A stretch of 63,169 nt of DNA, filler included, from Reclinomonas americana ATCC 50394 (taxonomy: Eukaryota), in assembly GCA_048213135.1 (NCBI GenBank). It is 6 parts of 4 records of this genome, joined end to end, with 100 filler letters (N's around TTAATTAATTAA, not from the genome) between each part and the next. Parts side by side here need not be neighbours in the genome. Positions count along the whole stretch, not along the records: positions 44,415 to 49,482 come from PS015763.1; positions 49,583 to 63,169 come from PS015764.1; 4 more parts are not named here. One strand, 5' to 3'. The position numbers were made by a program, and so were the translations under genes. Of the stretch, positions 46,514 to 57,454 are shown piece after piece. The notes beneath the pieces were generated by a model. That model searched no databases. It saw only the letters and a program-made list of their open reading frames with translations, and was not told where the DNA came from. The first letter of the stretch is position 1; the number at the start of each line of letters is the position of its first letter.

Positions 46514-48303
46514 CCGATCCCCTCACACTGTCGGCAGCGAACCCTCAAACGACCTCGGCTGCGCGACAGCGCCTGCACCTCCTCGATCGAGTAACCAAGA
46601 TCGTGCAGGATCTCGTCGGTCCCGCAGCCCAGCGCGGGCGCGGGCAAGACGCGTCTCGCGANNNNNNNNNNNNNNNNNNNNNNNNNNNNNNNNNNNNNNN
46701 NNNNNNNNNNNNNNNNNNNNNNNNNNNNNNNNNNNNNNNNNNNNNNNNNNNNNNNNNNNNNNNNNNNNNNNNNNNNNNNNNNNNNNNNNNNNNNNNNNNN
46801 NNNNNNNNNNNNNNNNNNNNNNNNNNNNNNNNNNNNNNNNNNNNNNNNNNNNNNNNNNNNNNNNNNNNNNNNNNNNNNNNNNNNNNNNNNNNNNNNNNNN
46901 NNNNNNNNNNNNNNNNNNNNNNNNNNNNNNNNNNNNNNNNNNNNNNNNNNNNNNNNNNNNNNNNNNNNNNNNNNNNNNNNNNNNNNNNNNNNNNNNNNNN
47001 NNNNNNNNNNNNNNNNNNNNNNNNNNNNNNNNNNNNNNNNNNNNNNNNNNNNNNNNNNNNNNNNNNNNNNNNNNNNNNNNNNNNNNNNNNNNNNNNNCCG
47101 GGATGGGCCTCGTCCGCCTCTAGGCCTCGCCCTGGCTAGTACCGTAACATCCGCCTTGGCCGTACAGCAGCCCCAGCGCGGGGCGCGGGGCAGACGCGTC
47201 TCGCGCACGAAGCCGCTGCGCGCCAGCGGGTTGCCGATTTCGAGGATGTCCCCGTCCTGCGGGTGGGACGCCGCACGAACCATGCCGCGCTGCCTCATAT
47301 GCGTGCCGTTCACGGCCTCGTCGGCATCGGCGACCGCCATGACGGGCAGGGCGTGCCGGCTCATCAGCGCCACGAGCTCGTCACGGTCGAGACCGGAGCA
47401 GAAGGCGCTGATCGCCGCGTTGAAAGCCTCGCCCCGCTCACCGTGCCGGGAATGCCGGTCGGCGATGTCCTCCGAGCGCGAAACCAGGTCCGGACGGCCG
47501 ATGACGGCGCAGAAATCGTTCCACAGGCGCGCTTCGAGCAAGCACACCGCAACCGACTTTCCGTCGCGGGTCTTGTACAGATTGTAGCGAGGGTTGCCGC
47601 CCCAGGCATGCAGCCCGGGTTCGCCGGTGCCTCCTCCCGCCCGCGAAAGCGCGGGGCCGAAGGCGATGTTGCCCATCGCGACCAGGCTGTCGAACATCGA
47701 GATGTCGAGATAGCTACCGATTCCTGCTCGATCGCGCCAGCGCAGCGCGGTCAGGATGCCGATCACGGCCATGGAGGCGGCCGCGTAATCGCCGGCCTGG
47801 AACTGCGGCATATGGCCCGGATGGGGGCTCAGGATGCCGCTGGCCGCCTGGACCACGAGGTCGTGGCCGGGCACGCCCGCCCACTCGCCCGTCTGTCCGA
47901 AGCCGGAGACGGAGCAGTAGATGATCGCGTCGTTGACGCGTCGGGCGGCATCGTAGTCGATGCCGAGCCGGCGGGCGGTACCGACGCTGAAGGATTCGAT
48001 CGCGACATCGGCCCACCCGAACAGCCTTCGCACCACCTCGGATGCCTGCTTCGACCGCAGATCGAGCGTCAGCGATCGCTTGTTCGCGTTGACGCTGGCG
48101 AAATAGGCACTGTTTTCCCTCAGATGCGGCGGGTTGTGGCGGCTCGGATCGCCGCTTTCCCGATGCTCCACCTTGACGACTTCGGCGCCCATGTCCCCGA
48201 GCAACTGCGTACACCAGGGTCCGGGCAGCAGGCGGCTGAAATCGAGGATACGCACCCCCGACAGCGGCAGAGTCGCCTCGGCGCGATTTGCGGGTTCCGA
48301 CAT
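46498..48303 (-). CDS. CaiB/BaiF class III CoA-transferase (gap with duplicated flanks near 3' end; true stop uncertain)
   Basis: PLSGVRILDFSRLLPGP, NANKRSLTLDL, SGFGQTG, GHD, GDY. Confidence 0.88.
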   Translation of the reverse strand: MSEPANRAEATLPLSGVRILDFSRLLPGPWCTQLLGDMGAEVVKVEHRESGDPSRHNPPHLRENSAYFASVNANKRSLTLDLRSKQASEVVRRLFGWADVAIESFSVGTARRLGIDYDAARRVNDAIIYCSVSGFGQTGEWAGVPGHDLVVQAASGILSPHPGHMPQFQAGDYAAASMAVIGILTALRWRDRAGIGSYLDISMFDSLVAMGNIAFGPALSRAGGGTGEPGLHAWGGNPRYNLYKTRDGKSVAVCLLEARLWNDFCAVIGRPDLVSRSEDIADRHSRHGERGEAFNAAISAFCSGLDRDELVALMSRHALPVMAVADADEAVNGTHMRQRGMVRAASHPQDGDILEIGNPLARSGFVRETRLPRAPRWGCCTAKADVTVLARARPRGGRGPSRXXXXXXXXXXXXXXXXXXXXXXXXXXXXXXXXXXXXXXXXXXXXXXXXXXXXXXXXXXXXXXXXXXXXXXXXXXXXXXXXXXXXXXXXXXXXXXXXXXXXXXXXXXXXXXXXXXXXXXXXXXXXXXXXXXXXXXXXXXXXXXXXXXARRVLPAPALGCGTDEILHDLGYSIEEVQALSRSRGRLRVRCRQCEGIGWISS

Positions 48304-48305
48304 GA

Positions 48306-49088
48306 TCAACGGCCCTTGAACTGCGCCTGCCGCTTCTCCAGGAACGCACCGATGCCTTCCAGCCGGTCCTCGGTTCCGTAGATCGCAGTCACCAGGAAGG
48401 TTTCAAACTCGATGGCGGAAGCCAGATCCATCTGCATGCCGCGGTGAACGGTCCGCTTGACGAAAGCGAGGCTCAAGGGCGCGCGCTGCTCGTAGATCTT
48501 CACCATGGCCTTGGCTTCGCTCAGCGCTCCGCCTTTGTCGGTCAGGCGATTGATGAGTCCGATCCGATAGGCTTCCTCGGCGCTGATGGGCTCGGCGGAG
48601 AACATGATGTCCAGGGCGTTGGCCGGTCCCACGATGCGCGGCAGACGCTGCGTGCCGCCGGCACCGGCCACCGTCCCGATCTTCGAGCTCGTGATCGCGA
48701 AGCTCGATCCCTTCGCCGCGACGCGGAGATCGCAAGCCAGCGCCAGCTCGCAGCCGCCTGTCATGCAGAAGCCCTCGATCGCGGCGATGACGGGCTTGCG
48801 CAGCGTCTCAAGCGTGTTGTTGAGTTCATGCCAGCGGTTGAAATAGGCGATGCCGGCAGCCGCTCCGCTGATCGCGCGGGCCTCCGTCAGGTCGGCGCCG
48901 GCCGAGAAATACTCGATTCCGCCGGTCAGGATGACGGCCCGGATGGCCTCGTCCGCCTCTGCCTCGCGGCAGGCCGCCATGATCTCGTCCATCGCCTTCG
49001 TGCTGACCGCGTTGCGTCGCGCGGGGCGGTTGAAGGTGATGACAAAAGCCGCGCCGTCGCGTTCCGTCCGGATGGTTTCGTAGCTCAT
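48306..49088 (-). CDS. Enoyl-CoA hydratase/isomerase
   Basis: NRPARRNA, FSAGADL, KPVIAAIEG, GGCELALACD, GGTQRLPR, AFLEKR. Confidence 0.92.
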   Translation of the reverse strand: MSYETIRTERDGAAFVITFNRPARRNAVSTKAMDEIMAACREAEADEAIRAVILTGGIEYFSAGADLTEARAISGAAAGIAYFNRWHELNNTLETLRKPVIAAIEGFCMTGGCELALACDLRVAAKGSSFAITSSKIGTVAGAGGTQRLPRIVGPANALDIMFSAEPISAEEAYRIGLINRLTDKGGALSEAKAMVKIYEQRAPLSLAFVKRTVHRGMQMDLASAIEFETFLVTAIYGTEDRLEGIGAFLEKRQAQFKGR

Positions 49089-49869
49089 GCGCCGTTCTCC
49101 TTGGCGTGGAATGAAATCAGAAGGGCGTTCACCGCGGTGGCAGCCTCGTACTGCACCCAGTGCCCGGCCCCGGGTATGGTGTGGAACGCGATGTCGCGGC
49201 GCGCCGCACGGCAACGCTGCTGGCGTTCCTCGATCGAGGGATAGGCGAGCGGATCGTCTGCTCCCCAGATGATCTGCACTGGGCAAGCCAACCGGGCGAG
49301 ATTTCCCGGCAGGTTGTCCTGCAGGCTGATCCTGCGGCTGTCGAAACGGGCCCGCGCGATGTTCCGCTGCTGGATATCGACGACGGGATCGTCCGGATCG
49401 GGCGTCCTGGCTAGCATCCAGCGTGACAGGTTGTGCGCAATCACCTTGCGCCGTTGTGCCTCGCTCCCGCCGCGCGGCATCGNNNNNNNNNNNNNNNNNN
49501 NNNNNNNNNNNNNNNNNNNNNNNNNNTTAATTAATTAANNNNNNNNNNNNNNNNNNNNNNNNNNNNNNNNNNNNNNNNNNNNCTGAACCCCACCAGATGG
49601 ATGGGCCCCGGCAGCGCCGCCGCTTCGGCGCCGACCCAGTCGAGATAGCCCTCCGGATCGACATGGTCCGGTACGTCGGGGGAATCGCCGAAGCCCGGCA
49701 GGTCGAAGGCACGGACGCGAAACCGGGCGGACAGAGCCGCGAGATTGCGCTGCCAGTGCGTGTGCGAGCCCATGCCGCCATGGCACAGGACGAGGCTCGG
49801 GCCGGAACCCTCGACATGGCAGGCGAGAGGAGGAAGCCCAGCCTCCCGGATCGGAGCGCTAGCCGACAT
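49085..49869 (-). CDS. Alpha/beta hydrolase, split by a contig linker
   Basis: 5' part HGGMGS, DLPGFGDS, HLVGF(S); 3' part IWGADD, GAGHWVQYE. Confidence 0.8.
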
Positions 49870-50510
49870 GGCTGTCCTCTTCCTCGAGCGGCTTGCCGAG
49901 ATAGGATTCGATGACGAGGGGATTCCGGACGACGTCCTGCGGCGCCCCATCCAGGATCTTCTCGCCGAAATTCAGCACCATCACGCGCTGAGAGAGCTGA
50001 AGGATTACATGGACGAGATGCTCGATCATGCAGATCGTGACGCCGTCCTCGTGCACGCGCCTCAACACGGTGATCATCTCGTCGACCTCGCCGCGGGTGA
50101 GACCGGCCATGACCTCGTCGAGAAGCAGAAGATCCGGGCTCGTCGCCAGCGCCCGGGCGAGTTCGAGCTTCTTCTTGTTGCCGATGGTAAGGGCCGAGGC
50201 GGGCAGGTGCCGCTGATCCCAGAGGCGGGTCAGCTCCAGCGGCCGCTGGGCGAGACGGCGGCCCTCGGCGATGCTGCGCCGCTCGGCGCGCGAGAACAGC
50301 GCCCCGACGGCGACATTGTCGAGAACCGTCATCTCCGGGAACGGGCGCACGACCTGGAAGGTCCGCCCGATGCCGAGGCGGCAGATGTGGTGGGGCGCGA
50401 GCCTGTCGATGTCTCGGCCACGGAACCGGACGGTGCCGCTCGTAGGCCGCAGATAGCCGGTCAGCAGATTGAGCAACGAGGTCTTGCCGGCGCCGTTCGG
50501 CCCGATAGGC
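49859..50510 (-). CDS. Branched-chain amino acid ABC ATPase (LivG-like), 5' end in gap
   Basis: GPNGAGKT, RTFQVVRPF, LLLDEVMAGL, IEH, SYLG. Confidence 0.88.
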
Positions 50511-51225
50511 TGGCCGGAACGTACTCCGGCTCGACTTCGACACCTGAGATCCGTTCCGGAAACGGGCCGAGAGACCGCGACCAGTCGCAGTGGGGNNNNN
50601 NNNNNNNNNNNNNNNNNNNNNNNNNNNNNNNNNNNNNNNNNNNNNNNNNNNNNNNNNNNNNNNNNNNNNNNNNNNNNNNNNNNNNNNNNNNNNNNNNNNN
50701 NNNNNNNNNNNNNNNNNNNNNNNNNNNNNNNNNNNNNNNNNNNNNNNNNNNNNNNNNNNNNNNNNNNNNNNNNNNNNNNNNNNNNNNNNNNNNNNNNNNN
50801 NNNNNNNNNNNNNNNNNNNNNNNNNNNNNNNNNNNNNNNNNNNNNNNNNNNNNNNNNNNNNNNNNNNNNNNNNNNNNNNNNNNNNNNNNNNNNNNNNNNN
50901 NNNNNNNNNNNNNNNNNNNNNNNNNNNNNNNNNNNNNNNNNNNNNNNNNNNNNNNNNNNNNNNNNNNNNNNNNNNNNNNNNNNNNNNNNNNNNNNNNNNN
51001 NNNNNNNNNNNNNNNNNNNNNNNNNNNNNNNNNNNNNNNNNNNNNNNNNNNNNNNNNNNNNNNNNNNNNNNNNNNNNNNNNNNNNNNNNNNNNNNNNNNN
51101 NNNNNNNNNNNNNNNNNNNNNNNNNNNNNNNNNNNNNNNNNNNNNNNNNNNNNNNNNNNNNNNNNNNNNNNNNNNNNNNNNNNNNNNNNNNNNNNNNNNN
51201 NNNNNNNNNNNNNNNNNNNNNNNNN

Positions 51226-51931
51226 NGAAGAACGCCTCCTGCACGAGCGCGGACTCCCTCAGGCCCTTGGCGGTGTCGGTGTAGACGATCCGCCCACCCG
51301 ACAGGACGTATCCGCGATCGGCGACACTCAGCGCCGCGCGCGTGTTCTGCTCGACGAGCAGGATCGTGGTGTCGGAGCGGGCGATCTGCAGGATGGCGCG
51401 AAACACGGTCTGAACGATCGCCGGCGCAAGGCCGAGCGAGGGCTCGTCGAGCAGGAGCAGCCGCGGATTGGCCATCATGCTGCGTCCGATCGCGAGCATC
51501 TGCTGCTCGCCGCCGGACATCAGGCCGGCCGCCTGGTTGGCTCTCTCGACCAGGCGCGGGAACAGGCTGAAGACCTCCTCGAGCTTTGCCGCGCGCCTGC
51601 CCCTCGCTCGCTTGCTGTAGGAGCCGAGGATCAGGTTCTCGCGAACCGTGAGGTTCGGGAAGACCTTGCGCCCCTCGGGTGACAGCGAAAGTCCGGCCTC
51701 AACCCGCTCATGGCTCGGCATCTTCAGGAGATCGCGGCCGTCGAAGCTGATTTCGCCCGACATCGCCGGACACAGTCCGGTCACCACCGACATGGTGGTC
51801 GTCTTGCCGGCGCCGTTCGCCCCGAGAAGGCAGACGACCTCACCGGGATGGACCTCGAGCGAGATATCCTCCAGGGCGACCGCGCCGGCATAACCCGCAC
51901 GCAGCCGCTTGATCTCGAGCAGCGGTTTCAT
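51226..51931 (-). CDS. Branched-chain amino acid ABC ATPase (LivF-like), 3' end in gap
   Basis: GANGAGKT, PEGRKVF, MSGGEQQMLAIGR, LDEPSLGLAP, VEQN. Confidence 0.9.
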
Positions 51932-52956
51932 TCGGCGGCCTCCAGGGCTTTGTTTCCGGCGCCGGAGCCTTTCCGGCCGCGCGAGACGACATGGCGCTGC
52001 CAGCCGGCGCTGATCGCGCCCCAGATCCCCTGCGGCATGAACAGGATGCCGAGGATCAGCACGAAGCCGTACATGAGCTGGCTGAAGCCCTCCTGCTGTC
52101 CCAGGAAGATGCGTGACGCCTCGGCGATGATGACGATCGCGAAGGAGCCGATGACCGGCCCCACGACGGTGTGGACGCCGCCCAGGATCGGAGCGATTTG
52201 GGACAGGATCGTGAAGTGCAGCGTGAACGCGACCTCCGGATCCAGATAGCCGCCGTACCAGGCGTTCATCCCGCCCGCGCACGACGCCATGGCGCCGGAG
52301 ATGGCGAGCAGCCCCATCCGGTAGCGATAGGGATTGATCCCAAGCATCTGGGCCGCCGCCTCATTGTTACGCATGGCGCGGCAGGCGAAGTGAAAGCGCG
52401 ACAGCGATATCAGATAGGAAACCAAGACCGCTGCGACGGCCGCGAGCGCGCCGACCAGGTAGAGCATCGTCACGCCGGGCCGCAGCGTCTGCGACAGATA
52501 GAGGCCGACGGCGCCGCCGGTCACGTCCGGCAGCATGAAGGCGGAAATTCGCATGCCCTCCGACAGCGCGAGCGTGGCGATCGCGAAGAAGATGCCGCGC
52601 AGCCGGCCGGTCGCCACGGCGAGGAAGACCCCAAGAACGGCACCGCAGAGCATCGCGACGATGAGGCTTGCGGGCAGCGACAGGCCGAACTTGTTGGCGC
52701 TGAGGACGGAAGCATAGCTGCCTAGCCCCCAGAAGGCCGAATGGCCGAGCGAGATCAGGCCGGCATTGGCCATGAGGTTCCAGCTCACGGCGAGCATCGC
52801 CAGGGTGGAGACCCGGAAGAGCCAGTCGCTTATCTGGGGCGACCCCATCAGGGGCGAAGCTAGGAACAGGGCGGCGGCTGCGGCAAGCGCAATCCATGAA
52901 ATCCATCGTGTCAAGGTTTCAACCCTCTTCCTCGACTGCTTGCCCAAGTATTCCAC
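51928..52956 (-). CDS. Branched-chain amino acid ABC permease (LivM-like)
   Basis: SLGHSAFWGLGSY, RLRGIFFAIATLA, NEAAAQMLGIN, MPQGIWG. Confidence 0.9.
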   Translation of the reverse strand: MEYLGKQSRKRVETLTRWISWIALAAAAALFLASPLMGSPQISDWLFRVSTLAMLAVSWNLMANAGLISLGHSAFWGLGSYASVLSANKFGLSLPASLIVAMLCGAVLGVFLAVATGRLRGIFFAIATLALSEGMRISAFMLPDVTGGAVGLYLSQTLRPGVTMLYLVGALAAVAAVLVSYLISLSRFHFACRAMRNNEAAAQMLGINPYRYRMGLLAISGAMASCAGGMNAWYGGYLDPEVAFTLHFTILSQIAPILGGVHTVVGPVIGSFAIVIIAEASRIFLGQQEGFSQLMYGFVLILGILFMPQGIWGAISAGWQRHVVSRGRKGSGAGNKALEAAE

Positions 52957-53800
52957 GCGGGCGAAGGATCAGGATCAGGAACAGGAAGGCGAAGGCGACG
53001 CCCTCGGCCCAGCCGATCCCTCCCGGCACGTAGTAGGAAACGGCCGTTTCGGCGAAAGCGAGCACGAAGGCCCCGATCACCGACCCCATGATGCTTCCCA
53101 GGCCCCCAAGGATGATGATGGCGAACCCCTTCACCAGCATATGAAAGCCCATGAAGGGCGAGATCGCGCCGATGACGCTCATCAGCACGCCGGTCGCGGC
53201 GCCCAGCCCCGCGCTGATCGCGAAGGCGATGCCGTAGATGGCGTTCACGTCGATCCCCATTAGCTTCGCGGCGATCCGGTTCTCCGCGAGCGCCCGGCTG
53301 GCGCGGCCGAGTTCGCTGCGGGTGAGCCAGAGGAACAGGCCTCCGACCAGCACGACCGCCACGGCGAAAGCGATCAGGCGCGATACCGAGATCACCACCT
53401 CCCCGATCATGATCGAGGCGAAGGCGTAGCTTGGATTGACTGAGCGCTCGTCGGCGCTCCAGGCGATGAGCGCGAGGTTCTGCAGCACCAGGCCGATGCC
53501 GAATGTCAGCAGGATCTGGTTGATGTGTGGCGCGTCGAGCACCCGTCGGATCGACACCTTGAAGATGGCGAATCCGACGAGCCCGCCTGCAATCATCACC
53601 AGTGGCAGCGCGACGAGAGGATCGACGCCGCCGATGCGGAAGGCCCAGAAGGCGCCATAGGCCCCGAGCATGATGGCTTCGCCATGCGCGAAATTGATGA
53701 CGCGGACGATCCCGAAGCTCAGCGACAGCCCCACCACCATCAAGGTGTAGAGCCCGCCCAGCAGGATCGCGTCCACGAAGAATTGGCCGAGATCACTCAT
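52919..53800 (-). CDS. Branched-chain amino acid ABC permease (LivH-like)
   Basis: VINFAHGE, GRASRA, LGGLGS, RPRGILG. Confidence 0.92.
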   Translation of the reverse strand: MSDLGQFFVDAILLGGLYTLMVVGLSLSFGIVRVINFAHGEAIMLGAYGAFWAFRIGGVDPLVALPLVMIAGGLVGFAIFKVSIRRVLDAPHINQILLTFGIGLVLQNLALIAWSADERSVNPSYAFASIMIGEVVISVSRLIAFAVAVVLVGGLFLWLTRSELGRASRALAENRIAAKLMGIDVNAIYGIAFAISAGLGAATGVLMSVIGAISPFMGFHMLVKGFAIIILGGLGSIMGSVIGAFVLAFAETAVSYYVPGGIGWAEGVAFAFLFLILILRPRGILGQAVEEEG

Positions 53801-54035
53801 CCATTGAACCTCAAAGCATGATGCGGAGGCGTTCGGACGGAGAAGGCTCTCCCTTCTCCCCAGTCGCGGCGGCCATCCGGCTCCTCGTTACGGCATTGGA
53901 TTCGCCCGAAAAGCGGCTTTCCCTTTTCGATCCGATGCCCTGGCCGGACAGGTGCCGCTCAAGCGTGGGCTCTCTGTGCGCCACCTGCGCCCGTCCGGGT
54001 GCAGGCGGCGTTAGATTGACCCGCTGCAACCCTGC

Positions 54036-55256
54036 TCAGCGCTTGATCGGCACGAGCGTCCCGCTGGCGGCGTCACGAGGCCAGAGGACCACGTTCTTTC
54101 CACCCTGACGCTGGAAAACGACCATGTCGGTGAAAGCCTGGTGCTTGGTGCCGAACCCCGTCGGCACGAAGGTTCCGCGGCCGTTCACAGTGGGAATGTC
54201 GAGCTTGCGGAGTTCCTCCACGGCCTTGACCTTGTCGCCCTTCGCCTTGTCGAGGGCGACAAGGAGCATGCCCGTGGCGGCATAGTGACCGATATCGAGG
54301 AAATCCGGCTCCGCATTGTATTTCTTGCGAAAAGCCTCGACCCATTCCTTCGTGCTCGGAAAGAGCTTGGGATAGTCAGGGTTCCCGGGATGGTTGACGC
54401 CCGGCAGATAGGTCGTGACACCAAGCCAGCCTTCCTGCGCCTCGCCGACTGCATTCTGCCACTCGTCGAGCTGCGTATATGCGGTGCCGACCAGATACGG
54501 CACGTTGAGCTTGCGGGTGTGCACCTGCTTGGCAAGGGTGATCGCATCCGTCGTCTGGACCAGGCCGAGCAGGATGTCGGGCCTCGCCCTGGCGATCTTG
54601 GTCAGCACCGGATTGAAGTCCGCCGAGTTTGTCCGCACGACCTCCTTGGCGACGAGTTCGAAGCCCGCCTTCGTATAGAACTCCTCGACATAGGGAAGAT
54701 GCGTGCGGCCGTAGGTGTCGTCGGAATAGATGATCGCGATCTTCTTGTTGCCGCCTAGGTAATGCTTGAGCGCCGCCGCCTCGCTGGTGTGATAATGATA
54801 GGCGAACGGATAGGTGTGGAAGAAGTTATCCTCAGGCCCGGCGATCTGCTCGAGCTGCGTGCTGGACGAACCGTTCACGATCCATGCCGGCTTGCCCTGC
54901 TGCCACGGCGGAATCGACGCCGCGACGATCGGACTGGCGACCGGGCCGATCAGGAAATCCACCTTTTCGACCTTGATCAGCTCATTCATCGCCGAGACCG
55001 TCGCCTGGGCGTCCGATTGGACGTCTCGATACAGAAACTCGAGGGTATTGCCCCCGACCTGCTTGCCGAAAACCTCGGCGGCCATCTCGACGCCGCGACG
55101 GCCGGCCGCACCATAAGCGACGAAACGACCGCTCAGCTCCATCGGAACACCGACCTTGATCGTCTCCGCGAATGCCGGCGTGGCGGCTGGGCCAAGAGCG
55201 CCTGCGACAGTCAACGTTGCCGCGGCCAAGAGTACGAGCTTCCCAAACCCCATCAC
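54036..55256 (-). CDS. Branched-chain amino acid-type ABC substrate-binding protein
   Basis: Signal peptide ..PAFA; IKVGVPMELSG, DDTYG, DFNPVLTKI, VVLWP; GGAGG RBS. Confidence 0.9.
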   Translation of the reverse strand: MMGFGKLVLLAAATLTVAGALGPAATPAFAETIKVGVPMELSGRFVAYGAAGRRGVEMAAEVFGKQVGGNTLEFLYRDVQSDAQATVSAMNELIKVEKVDFLIGPVASPIVAASIPPWQQGKPAWIVNGSSSTQLEQIAGPEDNFFHTYPFAYHYHTSEAAALKHYLGGNKKIAIIYSDDTYGRTHLPYVEEFYTKAGFELVAKEVVRTNSADFNPVLTKIARARPDILLGLVQTTDAITLAKQVHTRKLNVPYLVGTAYTQLDEWQNAVGEAQEGWLGVTTYLPGVNHPGNPDYPKLFPSTKEWVEAFRKKYNAEPDFLDIGHYAATGMLLVALDKAKGDKVKAVEELRKLDIPTVNGRGTFVPTGFGTKHQAFTDMVVFQRQGGKNVVLWPRDAASGTLVPIKR

Positions 55257-55531
55257 TTCCTCCCTGAGTTTCTGGATTTAGTCGCACCGGACCAAGTCAG
55301 GCCGGCCTTCGGCGCGCCCCCATTTTTTGACATCCGAACCGAAGCAAAGGCTGCCCGCCTCGATGTGAGGCGACACTAACAAAATGGAATTGGGTCCGTC
55401 TAGTGAAATTTTTTGGTTGCAGACTACCGGCGCTGCGATGTAGCGTGCTCGACGTCTTCAAAAGCGAACAGCCGTGAATGCGGTTCGTCGATATGATTTT
55501 CAAAATGCCGATAGAGCCGAGCGGAGGAAAA

Positions 55532-56080
55532 ATGACCAAGTTCGAAGATATCCTGTACGAATCGGCTGATGGAATCGCCACGATCACAATCAATCGACCT
55601 GAAGTCAGGAACGCGGTTCGGCCCAAAACCTATGAAGAATTGACCGCCGCCATGAAAATAGCCGGCGAGGACCCGACGGTCGGCGTCGTCGTCCTGACCG
55701 GCGCCGGGGATAAGGCTTTCTGCTCGGGCGGCGATGTCCGCGATCAATCCAAGCGCACGCCGAATGTCGGGCGCACCCATATGCGCCGGCTCTACGCCCT
55801 TTCCTCGATGATGCGCATGATCGACAAGCCGATCATTGCCAAGGTCCGCGGCTTCTGCGTCGGCGGGGGCAACGAAATCAACCTGTTCTGCGATCTCACC
55901 ATCGCCAGCGAGGACGCCAAGTTCGGCCAGGTCGGGCCGCGCGTGGGAAGCATCCCGATCTGGGGCGCCTGTCAGCTGCTCGCCCGCTACGTCGGCGAGC
56001 GGAAAGCCCGCGAGATTCTGTATACCTGTCGCCTGTACTCGGCGCAGGAAGCTGTCGACATGGGCCTCATCAACGAGGTC
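55532..56080 (+). CDS. MenB/BadI-like crotonase (ring-cleaving hydrolase type), 3' end in gap
   Basis: FEDILYE, INRPEVRNA, GAGDKAFCSGGD, CDLTIAS, FGQVGPRVGS, VGERKAREI; GGAGG RBS. Confidence 0.85.
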
Positions 56081-56713
56081 TNNNNNNNNNNNNNNNNNNN
56101 NNNNNNNNNNNNNNNNNNNNNNNNNNNNNNNNNNNNNNNNNNNNNNNNNNNNNNNNNNNNNNNNNNNNNNNNNNNNNNNNNNNNNNNNNNNNNNNNNNNN
56201 NNNNNNNNNNNNNNNNNNNNNNNNNNNNNNNNNNNNNNNNNNNNNNNNNNNNNNNNNNNNNNNNNNNNNNNNNNNNNNNNNNNNNNNNNNNNNNNNNNNN
56301 NNNNNNNNNNNNNNNNNNNNNNNNNNNNNNNNNNNNNNNNNNNNNNNNNNNNNNNNNNNNNNNNNNNNNNNNNNNNNNNNNNNNNNNNNNNNNNNNNNNN
56401 NNNNNNNNNNNNNNNNNNNNNNNNNNNNNNNNNNNNNNNNNNNNNNNNNNNNNNNNNNNNNNNNNNNNNNNNNNNNNNNNNNNNNNNNNNNNNNNNNNNN
56501 NNNNNNNNNNNNNNNNNNNNNNNNNNNNNNNNNNNNNNNNNNNNNNNNNNNNNNNNNNNNNNNNNNNNNNNNNNNNNNNNNNNNNNNNNNNNNNNNNNNN
56601 NNNNNNNNNNNNNNNNNNNNNNNNNNNNNNNNNNNNNNNNNNNNNNNNNNNNNNNNNNNNNNNNNNNNNNNNNNNNNNNNNNNNNNNNNNNNNNNNNNNN
56701 NNNNNNNNNNNNN

Positions 56714-57442
56714 ATCGGCTTCGCAGCCGCGTCGCTGCTCGCAAAGGAGGGCGTGAAGCTCGCGCTCGTCGATATCAACGGCGAATCCGCCGAAAGGGCC
56801 GCCTCGGACCTCGGCAGCTCCACCGAGGCGATCGGCTTGCGCGTCGACATCACCAATGAAGCCGAGGTCAAGGCGATGGTCGATGCGGTCGTCGCCCGCT
56901 TCGGGGCGATCGACATCCTGATCAACAGCGCCGCGGTGCTGGACGACAAGCTCTTTCTCGAATCGTCCTTCCAGGACTGGGACCGCATGCTGAAGGTTTG
57001 CCTGTACGGGCCGATGATCCTGCTGCGCCAGATCCTGCCGGGAATGGCCGAGCGCGGTTTCGGGCGCGTCATCTGCCTCGCCTCCGATTCGGCCCGGATC
57101 GGGCAGGCGCGGCTTTCCTATTATGCCGCGGCAAAGGCCGGCGTGATCGGGCTGGTCAAGTCGGTCGCGCAGGAAGTCGGGACCTCCGGCATCACGTTGA
57201 ACATCGTCTCTCCCGGCGCCACCAACACGCCGCTCCGCCTGGAACGCGAGAAGAGCCTGCGCGATCAGATGGGCGAGGAGAAATACGCAAGGCGCCAGAA
57301 ATCGGTTCTCAAGATGTATCCGGCCGGCCGCATCGGCGAGCCTGAGGACATCGGCTCCGCCATTCTTTTTCTTTCGAGCGAGCGCGCCTCCTGGGTCACC
57401 GGACAGGTGCTCAGCGTCAATGGCGGCTTCGTAATGCCCTGA
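56714..57442 (+). CDS. SDR dehydrogenase, BadH-like, 5' end in gap
   Basis: ASDSARIG, YAAAK, SPGATNTPL, GRIGEPED, ending TGQVLSVNGG. Confidence 0.85.
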   Translation: MGFAAASLLAKEGVKLALVDINGESAERAASDLGSSTEAIGLRVDITNEAEVKAMVDAVVARFGAIDILINSAAVLDDKLFLESSFQDWDRMLKVCLYGPMILLRQILPGMAERGFGRVICLASDSARIGQARLSYYAAAKAGVIGLVKSVAQEVGTSGITLNIVSPGATNTPLRLEREKSLRDQMGEEKYARRQKSVLKMYPAGRIGEPEDIGSAILFLSSERASWVTGQVLSVNGGFVMP

Positions 57443-57454
57443 GGAGCAGTTCCG

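Noticed and set aside
25764..49538. TTAATTAATTAA recurring five times (25764, 28314, 42578, 44359, 49527)
   Set aside because: Always centred in N runs and gives stops in all six frames: an artificial contig linker, not biological.
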